From sequence record NC_029091.1: a stretch of 64,000 bases of DNA. One strand, given 5' to 3'. This DNA is from Escherichia phage APCEc01. Both the position numbers and the translations under genes were made by a program. Below are positions 35,279 to 47,880 of this stretch, piece by piece (position 1 is the stretch's first letter; every line of letters begins with the position of its first letter). The notes beneath the pieces are model-generated. The model did no database searches and was not told the origin of the DNA. It saw nothing but the letters and a program-made list of their open reading frames with translations.

Positions 35279-36196
35279 ATGGATTTAGAAATGATGTTGG
35301 ATGAAGATTACAAAGAAGGTATTGCACTTGCCGACTTTAGTAACATTGCATTGGCAGCCGCATTAAACAACTTTGAAGACGGCGATAAAATTACTGTTCC
35401 GATGGTTCGCCATGTAATCTTGAATTCAATTCGTAAAAACGTAGTGATGTTCCGTAAGCAAGGCTATACAAAATTTGTATTGTGTATGGATAATGCTACT
35501 TCAGGTTATTGGCGTCGTGACTTTGCTTACTATTACAAGAAAAATCGTAAAACCGATCGTGAAGCTTCAAAGTGGGATTGGGAAGGATATTTTACTGCAC
35601 TCCATCAAGTTGTTGATGAGATTAAGAAATACATGCCATACGTTGTAATGGATATTGACAAGTATGAAGCGGATGACCATATCGGTGTATTAACTAAATA
35701 TTTGTCATTAGCCGGTCATAAGGTATGTATTGTTGCATCAGATGGTGACTTTACACAATTACACAAATATCCTAACGTTAAACAGTGGTCGCCACCACAG
35801 AAAAAATGGGTTAAAATTAAGAACGGTTCTGCTGAAATTGATTGCATGACTAAAATCCTTAAAGGTGACCGTAAGGATGGTGTTGCATCTGTTCGAGTTC
35901 GTGGTGACTTCTGGTTTACTCGAGTTGAAGGTGAACGAACTCCGAGCATGAAAACAACGATTATTGAAGCAATTGCCAATGACCGTTCTCAAGCTGAAGT
36001 ATTATTAAGTGCAGAAGAATATAAACGGTATCAAGAAAATTTGGTTCTCATTGATTTTGATTATATCCCTGATAATATTGCTTCAACCATTATAGAGTAT
36101 TATAACTCATATAAACCACAACCTAAAGGCAAGATTTATTCATACTTTGTAAAATCTGGTCTTTCTAAATTAACAAGTGTAATTAATGAATTCTGA
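35279..36196 (+). CDS. rnh: RNase H / 5'-3' flap exonuclease
   Basis: 305 aa (same as T4). FEN-family acidic clusters (CMDN..., EADDHIG, ASDGDFTQL). Confidence 0.93.
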   Translation: MDLEMMLDEDYKEGIALADFSNIALAAALNNFEDGDKITVPMVRHVILNSIRKNVVMFRKQGYTKFVLCMDNATSGYWRRDFAYYYKKNRKTDREASKWDWEGYFTALHQVVDEIKKYMPYVVMDIDKYEADDHIGVLTKYLSLAGHKVCIVASDGDFTQLHKYPNVKQWSPPQKKWVKIKNGSAEIDCMTKILKGDRKDGVASVRVRGDFWFTRVEGERTPSMKTTIIEAIANDRSQAEVLLSAEEYKRYQENLVLIDFDYIPDNIASTIIEYYNSYKPQPKGKIYSYFVKSGLSKLTSVINEF

Positions 36197-36203
36197 GGTA
36201 AAC

Positions 36204-36473
36204 ATGGCTAAGAAAGAAGCAGTTGAATTTAATCAAGATGTGCATGGTGAAGAACTGGCTAAACTAGTCAAGGAAGCTTCCGATAACAAACTTAAAATTT
36301 CTGGTTATAATGAACTGATTAAAGACATTCGTACTCGTGCTAAAGAAGAGCTTGGTGTCGATGGAAAAATGTTTAATCGTTTGTTAGCTCTTTATCATAA
36401 AGACGCTCGTGATCAATTTGAAGCTGAAAACGAAGAGGTAGTCGAGCTTTATGACACAGTTTTCACTAAGTGA
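36204..36473 (+). CDS. dsbA: dsDNA-binding protein DsbA
   Basis: 89 aa from MAKKE (T4 DsbA is 89 aa). Lies between rnh and 33. Confidence 0.8.
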   Translation: MAKKEAVEFNQDVHGEELAKLVKEASDNKLKISGYNELIKDIRTRAKEELGVDGKMFNRLLALYHKDARDQFEAENEEVVELYDTVFTK

Positions 36474-36789
36474 TATTAAACCGGTTGATGAGGCCGGTTT
36501 ATCTGAACAAGAATTAGCAGTAAAACACGATAAAGATGATATCGCTAAATTGCTTGACCGGCAAGAAAACGGATTCATTATCGAATCCATGGTTGAACAA
36601 TTTGGTATGTCTTATTTAGAAGCAACAACTGCTTTCTTGGAAGAAAATTCTATTCCAGAAACACAATTTGCTAAATTTATTCCTACAGGAATTGTTGAAA
36701 AAATTACAAGCGAAGCAATTGACGAAAACATGCTTCGCCCATCAGTTGCTCGTGGCGAAAAAACTAATACGTTAGATTTCTTATTATGA
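36451..36789 (+). CDS. 33: Late transcription co-activator gp33
   Basis: 112 aa (same as T4). Lies between dsbA and 59. Acidic. Confidence 0.85.
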   Translation: MTQFSLSDIKPVDEAGLSEQELAVKHDKDDIAKLLDRQENGFIIESMVEQFGMSYLEATTAFLEENSIPETQFAKFIPTGIVEKITSEAIDENMLRPSVARGEKTNTLDFLL

Positions 36790-37439
36790 TTAAAATACGC
36801 ATGCCTCCTGATGGAGAACGTTATATTAACGGAAAATCGGTATACAAACTATACTTGATGTGCAAACAACATTTTAATGGTCGGTATGACGTAATCAAAT
36901 ATAACTGGTGCATGCGTGTTTCGGATAATGCGTATCAAAAACGCCGAGATAAATATTTCTTTGAAAAACTAGCAGAGAAATATAAATTGAAGGAACTCAC
37001 CTTGATATTCATAAGCAACTTAGTTGCTAACCAAGACGCATGGATTGGTGAGATATCAGACGCTGATGCATTAGTTTTCTATAGGGAATATATTGGACGT
37101 CTCAAACAAGCCAAGGAGACGTTTGCTGAAGACGTACGTAACATCTACTATTTCAGTAAGAAAGTTGAAGTTAGTGCGCTTCAAGAGATATTTGATTATA
37201 ATAACAACGTTCAGTCGAGCTACATATTTAAATTGCTACAAAGCAATATAATTTCATTTGAAACTTTCTTATTGTTGGACTCGTTTTTGAATATTATAGA
37301 TAAGCACGACGAACTCACCGATAACTTAGTCTGGCAAAATTATTCTACCAAATTAAAGGCATATCGAAAAATACTTCAAATCGATGGAAATGTTGCTAAG
37401 AAATTGTTCATAGAAACAATCAAATCATGTAAGTATTAA
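36786..37439 (+). CDS. 59: Helicase loader gp59
   Basis: 217 aa (same as T4). MIKIRMP...YKLYLMCKQHFNGRYDVIKYNW... Confidence 0.9.
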   Translation: MIKIRMPPDGERYINGKSVYKLYLMCKQHFNGRYDVIKYNWCMRVSDNAYQKRRDKYFFEKLAEKYKLKELTLIFISNLVANQDAWIGEISDADALVFYREYIGRLKQAKETFAEDVRNIYYFSKKVEVSALQEIFDYNNNVQSSYIFKLLQSNIISFETFLLLDSFLNIIDKHDELTDNLVWQNYSTKLKAYRKILQIDGNVAKKLFIETIKSCKY

Positions 37440-37468
37440 GCTTTATTTCTTGTGTGTTAAAATTACTT

Positions 37469-37476
37469 TATAAATA
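37469..37476 (+). promoter_or_regulatory. Late promoter TATAAATA upstream of gene 32
   Basis: Exact consensus. T4 gene 32 is known to have a late promoter. Confidence 0.65.
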
Positions 37477-37486
37477 AATCATACCA

Positions 37487-37557
37487 GCTACGAGGTATAA
37501 GTGTCGTAGCAACCAACTGTAAATAAATTAAATAATCTAAATAAAAGGTAATAATCC
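37487..37557 (+). promoter_or_regulatory. Gene 32 translational operator (hairpin/pseudoknot plus an unstructured A/U tract)
   Basis: GCTACGA...TCGTAGC 7-bp stem followed by AAATAAATTAAATAATCTAAATAAAAGG leading to the ATG. This matches the architecture of the T4 gp32 autoregulatory site. Confidence 0.7.
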
Positions 37558-38460
37558 ATGTTTAAACGTAAATCTACTGCTGACCTCGCTGCTCAAATGG
37601 CTAAACTGAATGGTAACAAAGGTTTCTCTTCAGAAGATAAAGGCGAATGGAAGCTGAAGCTAGATGCATCCGGTAATGGTCAAGCGGTAATTCGTTTCTT
37701 GCCAGCAAAAACTGATGATGCACTACCATTTGCAATTCTTGTTAACCACGGTTTCAAGAAAAATGGTAAATGGTATATTGAAAATTGCTCTTCTACACAT
37801 GGTGATTATGACTCTTGTCCTGTATGTCAGTACATTAGTAAAAATGACCTGTACAATACCAACAAAAATGAATATTCTCAACTGAAACGTAAAACTTCTT
37901 ATTGGGCTAATATTCTGGTTGTTAAAGACCCTCAAGCTCCAGATAACGAAGGTAAAGTATTTAAATATCGTTTCGGTAAAAAGATTTGGGACAAAATCAA
38001 TGCAATGATTGCTGTTGATACCGAAATGGGTGAAACTCCAGTTGATGTTACTTGTCCGTTTGAAGGTGCCAACTTCGTTCTGAAAGCTAAGCAGGTTTCC
38101 GGTTTTAGCAACTATGACGAATCTAAATTCTTGGGTCAATCTGAAATTCCTCGTATTAATGATGAAGCATTCCAGAAAGAACTATATGACCAGATGGTAG
38201 ACCTTACTACTTTGACGGCTAAAGACCAGTTCAAATCCTTTGAAAAATTAAATGAATCTTTCGCTAAGGTTCTTGGTACTGCCGCTCTTGGTGGTGCAGC
38301 AGCCGCAGCAGCTTCTGTTGCAGATAAAGTTGCTTCTGACCTTGACGATTTTGATAAAGACATGGAAGCCTTTAGTTCTGCAAAAACTGAAGATGACTTC
38401 ATGAGCTCTACCTCATCCTCTGATGATGGCGACCTCGATGACCTGTTAGCTGGTTTATAA
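37558..38460 (+). CDS. 32: ssDNA-binding protein gp32
   Basis: 300 aa. [17 protein letters not shown]..., Zn site [14 protein letters not shown], acidic C-terminal tail. Confidence 0.96.
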   Translation: MFKRKSTADLAAQMAKLNGNKGFSSEDKGEWKLKLDASGNGQAVIRFLPAKTDDALPFAILVNHGFKKNGKWYIENCSSTHGDYDSCPVCQYISKNDLYNTNKNEYSQLKRKTSYWANILVVKDPQAPDNEGKVFKYRFGKKIWDKINAMIAVDTEMGETPVDVTCPFEGANFVLKAKQVSGFSNYDESKFLGQSEIPRINDEAFQKELYDQMVDLTTLTAKDQFKSFEKLNESFAKVLGTAALGGAAAAAASVADKVASDLDDFDKDMEAFSSAKTEDDFMSSTSSSDDGDLDDLLAGL

Positions 38461-38466
38461 TAAATT

Positions 38467-38488
38467 GGGAGACTTCGGTCTCCCTTTT
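38467..38488 (+). terminator. Intrinsic terminator after gene 32
   Basis: GGGAGAC-TTCG-GTCTCCC followed by TTTT. Confidence 0.85.
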
Positions 38489-38515
38489 GAGTATCTGTAA
38501 ATTGCCGAAAAAGTT

Positions 38516-38544
38516 GTTTACTTCTTCCCTGGATGTGTTAGTAT
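38516..38544 (+). promoter_or_regulatory. T4-type early promoter (TATAGACCTATCAA family)
   Basis: GTTTAC, 17-nt spacer, TGt + TAGTAT. Confidence 0.7.
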
Positions 38545-38573
38545 AGACCTATCAACAACATGAGGAAATCAAA

Positions 38574-38966
38574 ATGGAAATCGGAAAATCTTATATCATT
38601 AACCCTTTATTTAAAGATGACTTTGTTCAAGAAGCACCACACAATAATGCTAAGATGTTAAAATTGATTGAACTCCACGGGCCTAGTTTTGTTGTAAACG
38701 GAATGGAACCTGATTATGATAGCGATACGTCAAACGTAGTAAGTGTAACTATGGAAGATGGTACTGTATGTTCTGCCGGTGGTGAAATTGAAACTTATTT
38801 TGAGATTTATCCTGACGAGTTCAAATACTTTACTGAGGTAGATATAGTAAAGCCTCAACCTACTAACGAAGGTATAGCTTTAGGTGTAACAAAAATCCAT
38901 TGTATCGTAGATGAAACCAACGTCGACGAAATCATCGAACTTTTGCAAAAAACTTTTAAAAAGTAG
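38574..38966 (+). CDS. Hypothetical protein (130 aa), member of the dispersed paralog family
   Basis: ...GGEIETYFEIYPDEFKYFTEV... and C-terminal IHCIVDETNVDEIIELLQKTFKK resemble ORFs 10533 and 11128. Confidence 0.7.
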   Translation: MEIGKSYIINPLFKDDFVQEAPHNNAKMLKLIELHGPSFVVNGMEPDYDSDTSNVVSVTMEDGTVCSAGGEIETYFEIYPDEFKYFTEVDIVKPQPTNEGIALGVTKIHCIVDETNVDEIIELLQKTFKK

Positions 38967-38995
38967 TGTACAATCAGATAGGGTTATGTTATAGT
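38966..38995 (+). promoter_or_regulatory. T4-type early promoter within a stem-loop
   Basis: GTGTAC, 18-nt spacer, TGt + TATAGT. GATAGGGTTA/TAGCCCTATC imperfect inverted repeat. Confidence 0.7.
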
Positions 38996-39028
38996 AGCCC
39001 TATCAAATCAAAAGTGAAGGAGAATAAA

Positions 39029-39277
39029 ATGAGATTGCAACGTCAGAGCATCAAAGATTCTGAAGTTAGAGGTAAATGGTACTTCAACATCGTTGGTAAA
39101 GATGCTGAACTCCTTGAACAAGCTGAAGAAGCTTTACGCGAAATGGGTTGGAACGAAGAATGTGATGGATGTCCACTCTACGAAGATGGTGAAAGTGCAG
39201 GATTCTGGATTTGCCACTCTGATGTTGAAATGTTCAAAGCCGATTGGAAAGTTGTTAAGAAAAATCTGAGGAAATAA
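39029..39277 (+). CDS. Hypothetical protein (82 aa)
   Basis: MRLQRQ... start after GAAGGAG. The track start at 38966 lies inside the promoter and is rejected. Confidence 0.65.
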   Translation: MRLQRQSIKDSEVRGKWYFNIVGKDAELLEQAEEALREMGWNEECDGCPLYEDGESAGFWICHSDVEMFKADWKVVKKNLRK

Positions 39278-39279
39278 TT

Positions 39280-40965
<1,686 letters not shown>

Positions 40966-40966
40966 A

Positions 40967-41221
40967 ATGATTTTACGTTTTATTAATTCATATGGCACCA
41001 CAATTTTTGAAATGAAAAATCCAAGTGAACTGGATATCCCTTCACCGAATAGTGAAATCACAGTTAAAGGTGAACGATTCATTTGTTATTCACATGAACG
41101 AATTTATGAATATCGTGAATTCTGTGGTGGATTCGGTATAGAAAAAGAACCGTTGGTTTATTTCAATATCACAGTCTTGACACCTAAAGAATACGAAGAA
41201 ATTATTGCTGAGGATAATTAA
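40967..41221 (+). CDS. Hypothetical protein (84 aa)
   Basis: Tightly packed after td. No motif recognised. Confidence 0.6.
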   Translation: MILRFINSYGTTIFEMKNPSELDIPSPNSEITVKGERFICYSHERIYEYREFCGGFGIEKEPLVYFNITVLTPKEYEEIIAEDN

Positions 41222-41250
41222 CGCTTCAGTTTAAAAGTGTATAATAAATT

Positions 41251-41273
41251 AACGGGATAAATACTATCCCGTT
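41251..41273 (+). promoter_or_regulatory. 9-bp perfect stem-loop upstream of nrdA, overlapping a -10-like TACTAT
   Basis: AACGGGATA-aatac-TATCCCGTT. A GTGTAT lies 19 nt upstream of the TACTAT. Confidence 0.5.
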
Positions 41274-41308
41274 TGGAGTAATGTCTATCAACCTATACTG
41301 AGGAATAT

Positions 41309-43564
41309 ATGCAAGTAACTAAGAGCAGTGGTGTATCCCAAAATTTTGATGCACAGAAAATTATTCAAGTCTTAACTTGGCAATGTGAAGGAACACAAAT
41401 TGACCCATATGAATTGTACGAAGAAATTAAGACCCATCTTGTCGACGGGATGAGCACCAAAGATATCCAGAAGATTTGTATTAAAGTTGCAGCTAACTCG
41501 ATTTCTGTCGAAGAACCTGATTATCAGTATGTCGCCGCCAAAGGGCTAATGTTTGCACTTCGTAAAGATGTATATGGGCAGTTTGAACCGCCTGCTTTTA
41601 TCGACCATATTTCTTACTGTGTTAATGAAGGCAAATATGACCCTGAGCTGTTGTCTCAATATTCAGCAGAAGAAATCATTTATCTCGATTCACAGATTAA
41701 ACATGAACGAGACTTTGACCTGACTTATGCTGGTGCTATGCAGCTTAAAGAAAAATATCTAGTTAAAGATAAAACAACTGGGAAGATTTATGAAACTCCA
41801 CAGTTTGCTATCATGGCTATTGGCATGGCCTTACACCAAGACGAAACTCATGACCGTTTGAAACATATTATTCGTTTTTATGATGCCGTTTCTACTCATC
41901 AAGTTTCATTGCCAACCCCAATTATGGCAGGTGCTCGTACTCCGACTCGCCAGTTCTCTAGTTGTGTAGTTATTGAAGCCGGTGATTCGTTAAAATCTAT
42001 TAACAAAACTTCAGCATCAATTATTGAATATATTTCTAAACGAGCTGGTATCGGTATCAACGTTGGTATGCTTCGTGCAGAAGGTTCTAAGATCGGTATG
42101 GGTGAAGTTCGACATACGGGTGTTATTCCATTCTGGAAACATTTCCAAACTGCAGTAAAATCTTGTTCTCAAGGTGGTATTCGTGGTGGTGCTGCTACAG
42201 CGTATTATCCGATGTGGCACTTAGAAGTAGAGAACCTATTAGTTCTGAAAAATAACAAAGGCGTGGATGAAAACCGTATTCGACATATGGACTACGGAAT
42301 TCAGATTAATGACCTTATGATGGAACGCCTTGGTAAAAATGATTATATTACTTTATTTAGCCCTCACGAAATGTCAGGCGAACTATACTACTCGTTCTTT
42401 GAAGATCAAGATAAATTCCGTGAGCTTTATGAGAAAGCTGAAAAAGACCCAACAATCAGAAAGAAAAGAATCAAAGCACTAGAACTCTTTGAATTGTTCA
42501 TGACTGAACGTTCTGGCACCGCTCGAATTTATCCGCAATTCGTTGATAACACGAACAACTACACTCCATTTATTCGTGAAAAAGCTCCAATTCGTCAGAG
42601 TAACTTATGTTGTGAAATCGCTATTCCAACTAATGATGTGAATGGTCCTGATGCTGAAATTGGTTTATGCACATTATCTGCTTTTGTATTAGATAAATTT
42701 GATTGGCAAGACCAAGATAAAATTAATGAACTTGCTGAAGTACAAGTACGTGCACTTGATAACCTGCTAGACTATCAAGATTATCCGGTTCCGGAAGCTT
42801 TAAAAGCTAAAAAGCGTCGAAACCTCGGTGTTGGTGTGACGAACTATGCAGCATGGTTAGCTTCTAACTTTGCTTCATATGAAGACGCTAACGATTTGAC
42901 TCATGAATTGTTTGAGAGATTGCAATATGGCCTTATCAAAGCATCAATCAAACTCGCCAAAGAAAAAGGATGTTGCGAGTATTATTCAGACACTAAATGG
43001 TCTAGAGGCGAATTACCTATCGACTGGTACAATAAAAAGATTGACCAAATCGCAGCCCCGAACTACGTCTGTGACTGGGAAGAACTTCGAGCTGAACTCA
43101 AAGAACATGGAATTCGTAACTCAACGTTGTCTGCACTCATGCCTTGTGAGTCAAGCAGTCAAGTATCAAACTCTACAAACGGGATTGAGCCACCACGTGG
43201 TCCAGTAAGTATTAAAGAATCTAAAGAAGGCAACTTCCGACAGGTTGTTCCTAATATCGAACATAACATGAGTCTTTACGACTATGCGTGGAAACTTGCT
43301 AAGAAAGGTAATAAACCTTATTTGACCCAAGTTGCTATCATGTTGAAATGGGTGTGCCAATCTGCTTCTGCTAATACTTACTATGACCCTGCAGTATTTG
43401 AGAAAGGTAAAGTGCCAATGTCAGTAATGCTTGACGATCTGCTTTACTTCTGGTACTTTGGCGGAAAAAACCTCTACTATCATAACACTCGTGATGGGTC
43501 TGGTACAGACGACTATGAATTAGAAACACCTAAAGCAGAAGATTGTTCTGCTTGTAAGCTTTAA
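41309..43564 (+). CDS. nrdA: Aerobic ribonucleotide reductase alpha subunit
   Basis: 751 aa. ATP-cone N-terminus, SNLCCEI active-site block, C-terminal redox CSACKL. Confidence 0.96.
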   Translation: MQVTKSSGVSQNFDAQKIIQVLTWQCEGTQIDPYELYEEIKTHLVDGMSTKDIQKICIKVAANSISVEEPDYQYVAAKGLMFALRKDVYGQFEPPAFIDHISYCVNEGKYDPELLSQYSAEEIIYLDSQIKHERDFDLTYAGAMQLKEKYLVKDKTTGKIYETPQFAIMAIGMALHQDETHDRLKHIIRFYDAVSTHQVSLPTPIMAGARTPTRQFSSCVVIEAGDSLKSINKTSASIIEYISKRAGIGINVGMLRAEGSKIGMGEVRHTGVIPFWKHFQTAVKSCSQGGIRGGAATAYYPMWHLEVENLLVLKNNKGVDENRIRHMDYGIQINDLMMERLGKNDYITLFSPHEMSGELYYSFFEDQDKFRELYEKAEKDPTIRKKRIKALELFELFMTERSGTARIYPQFVDNTNNYTPFIREKAPIRQSNLCCEIAIPTNDVNGPDAEIGLCTLSAFVLDKFDWQDQDKINELAEVQVRALDNLLDYQDYPVPEALKAKKRRNLGVGVTNYAAWLASNFASYEDANDLTHELFERLQYGLIKASIKLAKEKGCCEYYSDTKWSRGELPIDWYNKKIDQIAAPNYVCDWEELRAELKEHGIRNSTLSALMPCESSSQVSNSTNGIEPPRGPVSIKESKEGNFRQVVPNIEHNMSLYDYAWKLAKKGNKPYLTQVAIMLKWVCQSASANTYYDPAVFEKGKVPMSVMLDDLLYFWYFGGKNLYYHNTRDGSGTDDYELETPKAEDCSACKL

Positions 43565-43618
43565 GACTTTTTATTATAATTTACTCATGGATGAGTTAAT
43601 AACTAAGTGAGAAATATA

Positions 43619-44797
43619 ATGAGTACAGTTTTTAACACACAACAAGTCGATGTTTTGAATGAACCGATGTTCTTTGGTTCTGGTCTTGGCCTCGCACGGT
43701 ATGATATTCAGCGTCATAAAGTTTTTGAAGAGCTTATCGAAAAGCAGCTCTCGTTCTTTTGGCGTCCCGAGGAAGTAAACTTGATGTTGGATTCGGCCCA
43801 GTTTAATAAGCTTCCACAGTTCCAACAGGACATCTTTACCAACAACCTTAAGTATCAATCATTATTAGATTCTATCCAAGGTAGAGCACCATCTGCGGTA
43901 CTTATGTCATTGCTTTCAGACCCTTCATTAGATACATGGGTTGCTACATGGACTTTCAGTGAAACTATTCACTCTCGTTCATATACTCATATTATGCGAA
44001 ATCTTTATACAGATCCATCGAAGGTGTTTGATGAGATTGTATTAGATGAAGCTATTATGAAGCGTGCCGAATCTATCGGACGATATTATGATGATGTTCT
44101 GGTTAAAGCTCGTTATTGGGAAAACGCTAAAGCTGATATCGAATACCAAAAAGAAATTAATGCAGACGAAGACGTTATTGAAGATGCTATTGAGCATGAG
44201 ACATATTGGAAGCGTGAGCTAATGAAATCTCTTTACCTCTGTTTGCATGTTATTAATGCCTTAGAAGCTATTCGTTTTTATGTATCTTTCGCATGCACCT
44301 TTAACTTCCACAAGAATATGGAAATCATGGAAGGTAATGCCAAGATTATGAAGTTCATTGCTCGTGATGAACAGCTCCACCTCAAGGGCACTCAATATAT
44401 TATTCGTGCTTTACAAGATGGCGAAGACGGTGATGAATGGGTCAAAATTGCTCAAGAGTGTGAACAAGAAGCAGTTGATATTTTCATGGAAGTTAACGCT
44501 CAAGAAAAAGAATGGGCTGAACACTTGTTTAAAGATGGTGCTCTTCCAGGTCTAAATGTTAAAATCCTAAGTGAATTTGTGGATTATCTTACCGTGTCTC
44601 GTATGCGTAGTTGTGGTCTGCCATGTCCTCTTAAAGACGTATCAACTCGTCATCCTATTCCATGGATTCGTGAGTATTTGAACTCTGATTTGGTTCAAGC
44701 AGCCCCACAAGAAGTTGAAATCAGTTCTTATCTTGTCGCACAAATTGATAATGATGTAGACCAAAATGTAATCAATTCATACAAAAAATATTTCTAA
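43619..44797 (+). CDS. nrdB: Aerobic ribonucleotide reductase beta subunit (intron-less)
   Basis: 392 aa from MSTVFNTQ. Di-iron and tyrosyl motifs (SETIHSRSYTHI, EGNAK...ARDEQLH) in one continuous ORF. Confidence 0.95.
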   Translation: MSTVFNTQQVDVLNEPMFFGSGLGLARYDIQRHKVFEELIEKQLSFFWRPEEVNLMLDSAQFNKLPQFQQDIFTNNLKYQSLLDSIQGRAPSAVLMSLLSDPSLDTWVATWTFSETIHSRSYTHIMRNLYTDPSKVFDEIVLDEAIMKRAESIGRYYDDVLVKARYWENAKADIEYQKEINADEDVIEDAIEHETYWKRELMKSLYLCLHVINALEAIRFYVSFACTFNFHKNMEIMEGNAKIMKFIARDEQLHLKGTQYIIRALQDGEDGDEWVKIAQECEQEAVDIFMEVNAQEKEWAEHLFKDGALPGLNVKILSEFVDYLTVSRMRSCGLPCPLKDVSTRHPIPWIREYLNSDLVQAAPQEVEISSYLVAQIDNDVDQNVINSYKKYF

Positions 44798-44801
44798 GGA
44801 C

Positions 44802-44815
44802 GGGACTTCGGTCCC
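44802..44815 (+). terminator. UUCG hairpin after nrdB
   Basis: GGGAC-TTCG-GTCCC. The following T-tract is weak (ACTTTATT). Confidence 0.5.
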
Positions 44816-44823
44816 ACTTTATT

Positions 44824-45234
44824 ATGAAAGATATCGCCGCCGAATATTCCTTTATTAAATATACAGAATTGGAGCTATTAGAAGATGCAACAATTAAAAC
44901 AGTTGATGTCCCTAATAAGAAAAATGTCATATATGCTATTGCTATAGATGACGAACTTGTGTATATTGGTAAAACCAAGAATTTAAAGAAACGCATTAAC
45001 TATTATCGAACAGCCATAAATCGAAAAGACCAGACTTCAGATTCAAGAAAATCACTTATGATTTTGGATGCCTTAATGCAAGGCAAAAAGGTTGAATTCT
45101 GGGCCCGCCAATGTTTTGACCTTTCAGTCACCAACGAACTTGGTTCAATGACCATCGCAACAATGGACCTTGAAGAACCGCTTTTTATCAAAAAGTTCAA
45201 CCCGCCTTGGAATATCCAACATAAGAAAAAGTAG
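44824..45234 (+). CDS. denA: Endonuclease II (GIY-YIG family)
   Basis: 136 aa (same as T4). VIYAIAIDDELVYIGKTKNLKKRINYY is a GIY-YIG motif. Lies after nrdB. Confidence 0.88.
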   Translation: MKDIAAEYSFIKYTELELLEDATIKTVDVPNKKNVIYAIAIDDELVYIGKTKNLKKRINYYRTAINRKDQTSDSRKSLMILDALMQGKKVEFWARQCFDLSVTNELGSMTIATMDLEEPLFIKKFNPPWNIQHKKK

Positions 45235-45263
45235 TTTACACACCACAAGGATTGTGGTACAAT
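45234..45263 (+). promoter_or_regulatory. T4-type early promoter within a stem-loop
   Basis: GTTTAC, 18-nt spacer, TGg + TACAAT. CCACAA/TTGTGG inverted repeat. Confidence 0.7.
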
Positions 45264-45281
45264 TTAAAAAAAACTAACTGA

Positions 45282-46415
<1,134 letters not shown>

Positions 46416-46417
46416 CG

Positions 46418-46447
46418 GTTTACAAACACCAAGGATGGTGATACTAT
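46418..46447 (+). promoter_or_regulatory. T4-type early promoter (CCAAGGATGG family)
   Basis: GTTTAC, 18-nt spacer, TGa + TACTAT. Confidence 0.7.
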
Positions 46448-46476
46448 GGGTTTATCAACAACACGAGGAGAAAATT

Positions 46477-46977
46477 ATGAATATGCAATTGATTACTAAC
46501 GATATGGTCGTAAACGCTTTTGGAGACACAACTGACGGAATCCGGGTCTTTAAGAAAGGACGTCCAGTTGGTTATCTTACTGACCTACGTGTTACACTGG
46601 CCAAAAATCTTAAAAAGAAAGTAAAACAAAAAGAGTATTCAACCCGATACGCTGAAGAGAAACGCGAAGCGATGCCGGAAGCAGTTAATGCCATGGTAGA
46701 ATTTCTTCAAAACAATTTGACTAAATATGATGCTAATGTGTTCATTAATATTAGTCAACCAAACGTACATATCGCAGGTATAAAATTCTACATTATTTGC
46801 GACCCTCTTACCGACAAATTCAACCGCCTCGGAATTTCAAGTCCATATCATACAGCAGAAGAGTTGTGTGTATTGTTTGAATCATACAAAATCCAGTGTG
46901 ATGGTTTGAAAACCGTTCTTATCAATGGATTATCCCGAGATGAAATCATTGAGATTATTAAAACATGCTTAAAGTAA
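46477..46977 (+). CDS. alc: Alc-position protein (host transcription terminator-like function in T4)
   Basis: 166 aa from MNMQL (T4 Alc is 167 aa). Lies between rnlA and the spanins. The call is by size and position only. Confidence 0.6.
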   Translation: MNMQLITNDMVVNAFGDTTDGIRVFKKGRPVGYLTDLRVTLAKNLKKKVKQKEYSTRYAEEKREAMPEAVNAMVEFLQNNLTKYDANVFINISQPNVHIAGIKFYIICDPLTDKFNRLGISSPYHTAEELCVLFESYKIQCDGLKTVLINGLSRDEIIEIIKTCLK

Positions 46978-47321
46978 ATCCTATTTACGCTATAGTAGCA
47001 GCTTTTGCTCTAGTTTCTACGGTAACAATAGTTGTCTTAAACAACAAAGTTGATTCGTTGAATACTGAATTAGCTTCTGTCAAAGAGACTGCTAAAAACA
47101 ATGCTAAAGTATTAGACGACTTCAAGGTTCAATATCAGTCAATCGAAGAAATGACTTATAAGAACCGTGTTTTAGTTGACCAACTTAAGGCCGAAAATGA
47201 AAAGCTCCGTAAGGATTCGAAGAAGAAGAACGTGGTGGCAAGTAAGCCAGGATTGGTCGAAAAACAAATCAACAGGTCCTTCGATTCCTTTGCAGAAGAC
47301 CTCAGGAAGCTCTCAGAATGA
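46965..47321 (+). CDS. pseT.3: i-spanin (PseT.3 equivalent)
   Basis: 118 aa. N-terminal TM IYAIVAAFALVSTVTIVVL followed by a coiled-coil periplasmic domain. Lies directly upstream of a lipoprotein ORF. Confidence 0.8.
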   Translation: MLKVNPIYAIVAAFALVSTVTIVVLNNKVDSLNTELASVKETAKNNAKVLDDFKVQYQSIEEMTYKNRVLVDQLKAENEKLRKDSKKKNVVASKPGLVEKQINRSFDSFAEDLRKLSE

Positions 47322-47608
47322 TTAAATTAACTGTGGCTGTATTATCTATTGGTCTCCTAGTTGGATGTACTCAGGATGTGCCAGTAAGCCCTAAAGAAAC
47401 TTTACATCCTTCATGGCCTACGCCTATTTCCGAATATAACCAGAAATGGCAAGTAAAGGTTATTGATGGTAATCCATGGGTTGGAATGCCGTTTGAAGAC
47501 TCTCAAGAATTTCGTATCTGGTTAAACGACGTAAAAAGATATATACATGACCAGAAGACTATGTTATGTTATTATCGTAGTGGTTTAAAAGAGGAAAAAT
47601 GCCAATGA
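47318..47608 (+). CDS. pseT.2: o-spanin lipoprotein (PseT.2 equivalent)
   Basis: 96 aa. Signal peptide with lipobox LLVGC. ATGA coupling with the i-spanin. Confidence 0.8.
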   Translation: MIKLTVAVLSIGLLVGCTQDVPVSPKETLHPSWPTPISEYNQKWQVKVIDGNPWVGMPFEDSQEFRIWLNDVKRYIHDQKTMLCYYRSGLKEEKCQ

Positions 47609-47823
47609 CTAAAGAACAGCATGAATACATTAAAGGGCTTATCTATGAATCTGAAATGGCGGCTATGATTTATGGACGCCAGATTCAACGATTAGAATCT
47701 TTGCCTCCGACTAATGACCGCTTGTTAGTTCAGTCTCGTGCTAATCTGAAAAATGAATATCAGAATAAGTGGGCAGTAGCGACTAAAGCTCTTCATGAGT
47801 ATATTGAATCTTTAGTAAAATAG
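47599..47823 (+). CDS. Hypothetical protein (74 aa), pseT.1 position
   Basis: Overlaps the o-spanin 3' end. Helical and hydrophilic. Confidence 0.6.
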   Translation: MPMTKEQHEYIKGLIYESEMAAMIYGRQIQRLESLPPTNDRLLVQSRANLKNEYQNKWAVATKALHEYIESLVK

Positions 47824-47852
47824 TTTACAAACTCTCGGGAGCAGAGTATAAT
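47823..47852 (+). promoter_or_regulatory. T4-type early promoter within a stem-loop
   Basis: GTTTAC, 18-nt spacer, TATAAT. GGGAGCA/TGCTCC inverted repeat. Near-copy of the cassette at 19662. Confidence 0.75.
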
Positions 47853-47880
47853 GCTCCTATGGATAATTGAGGAAATCTAA

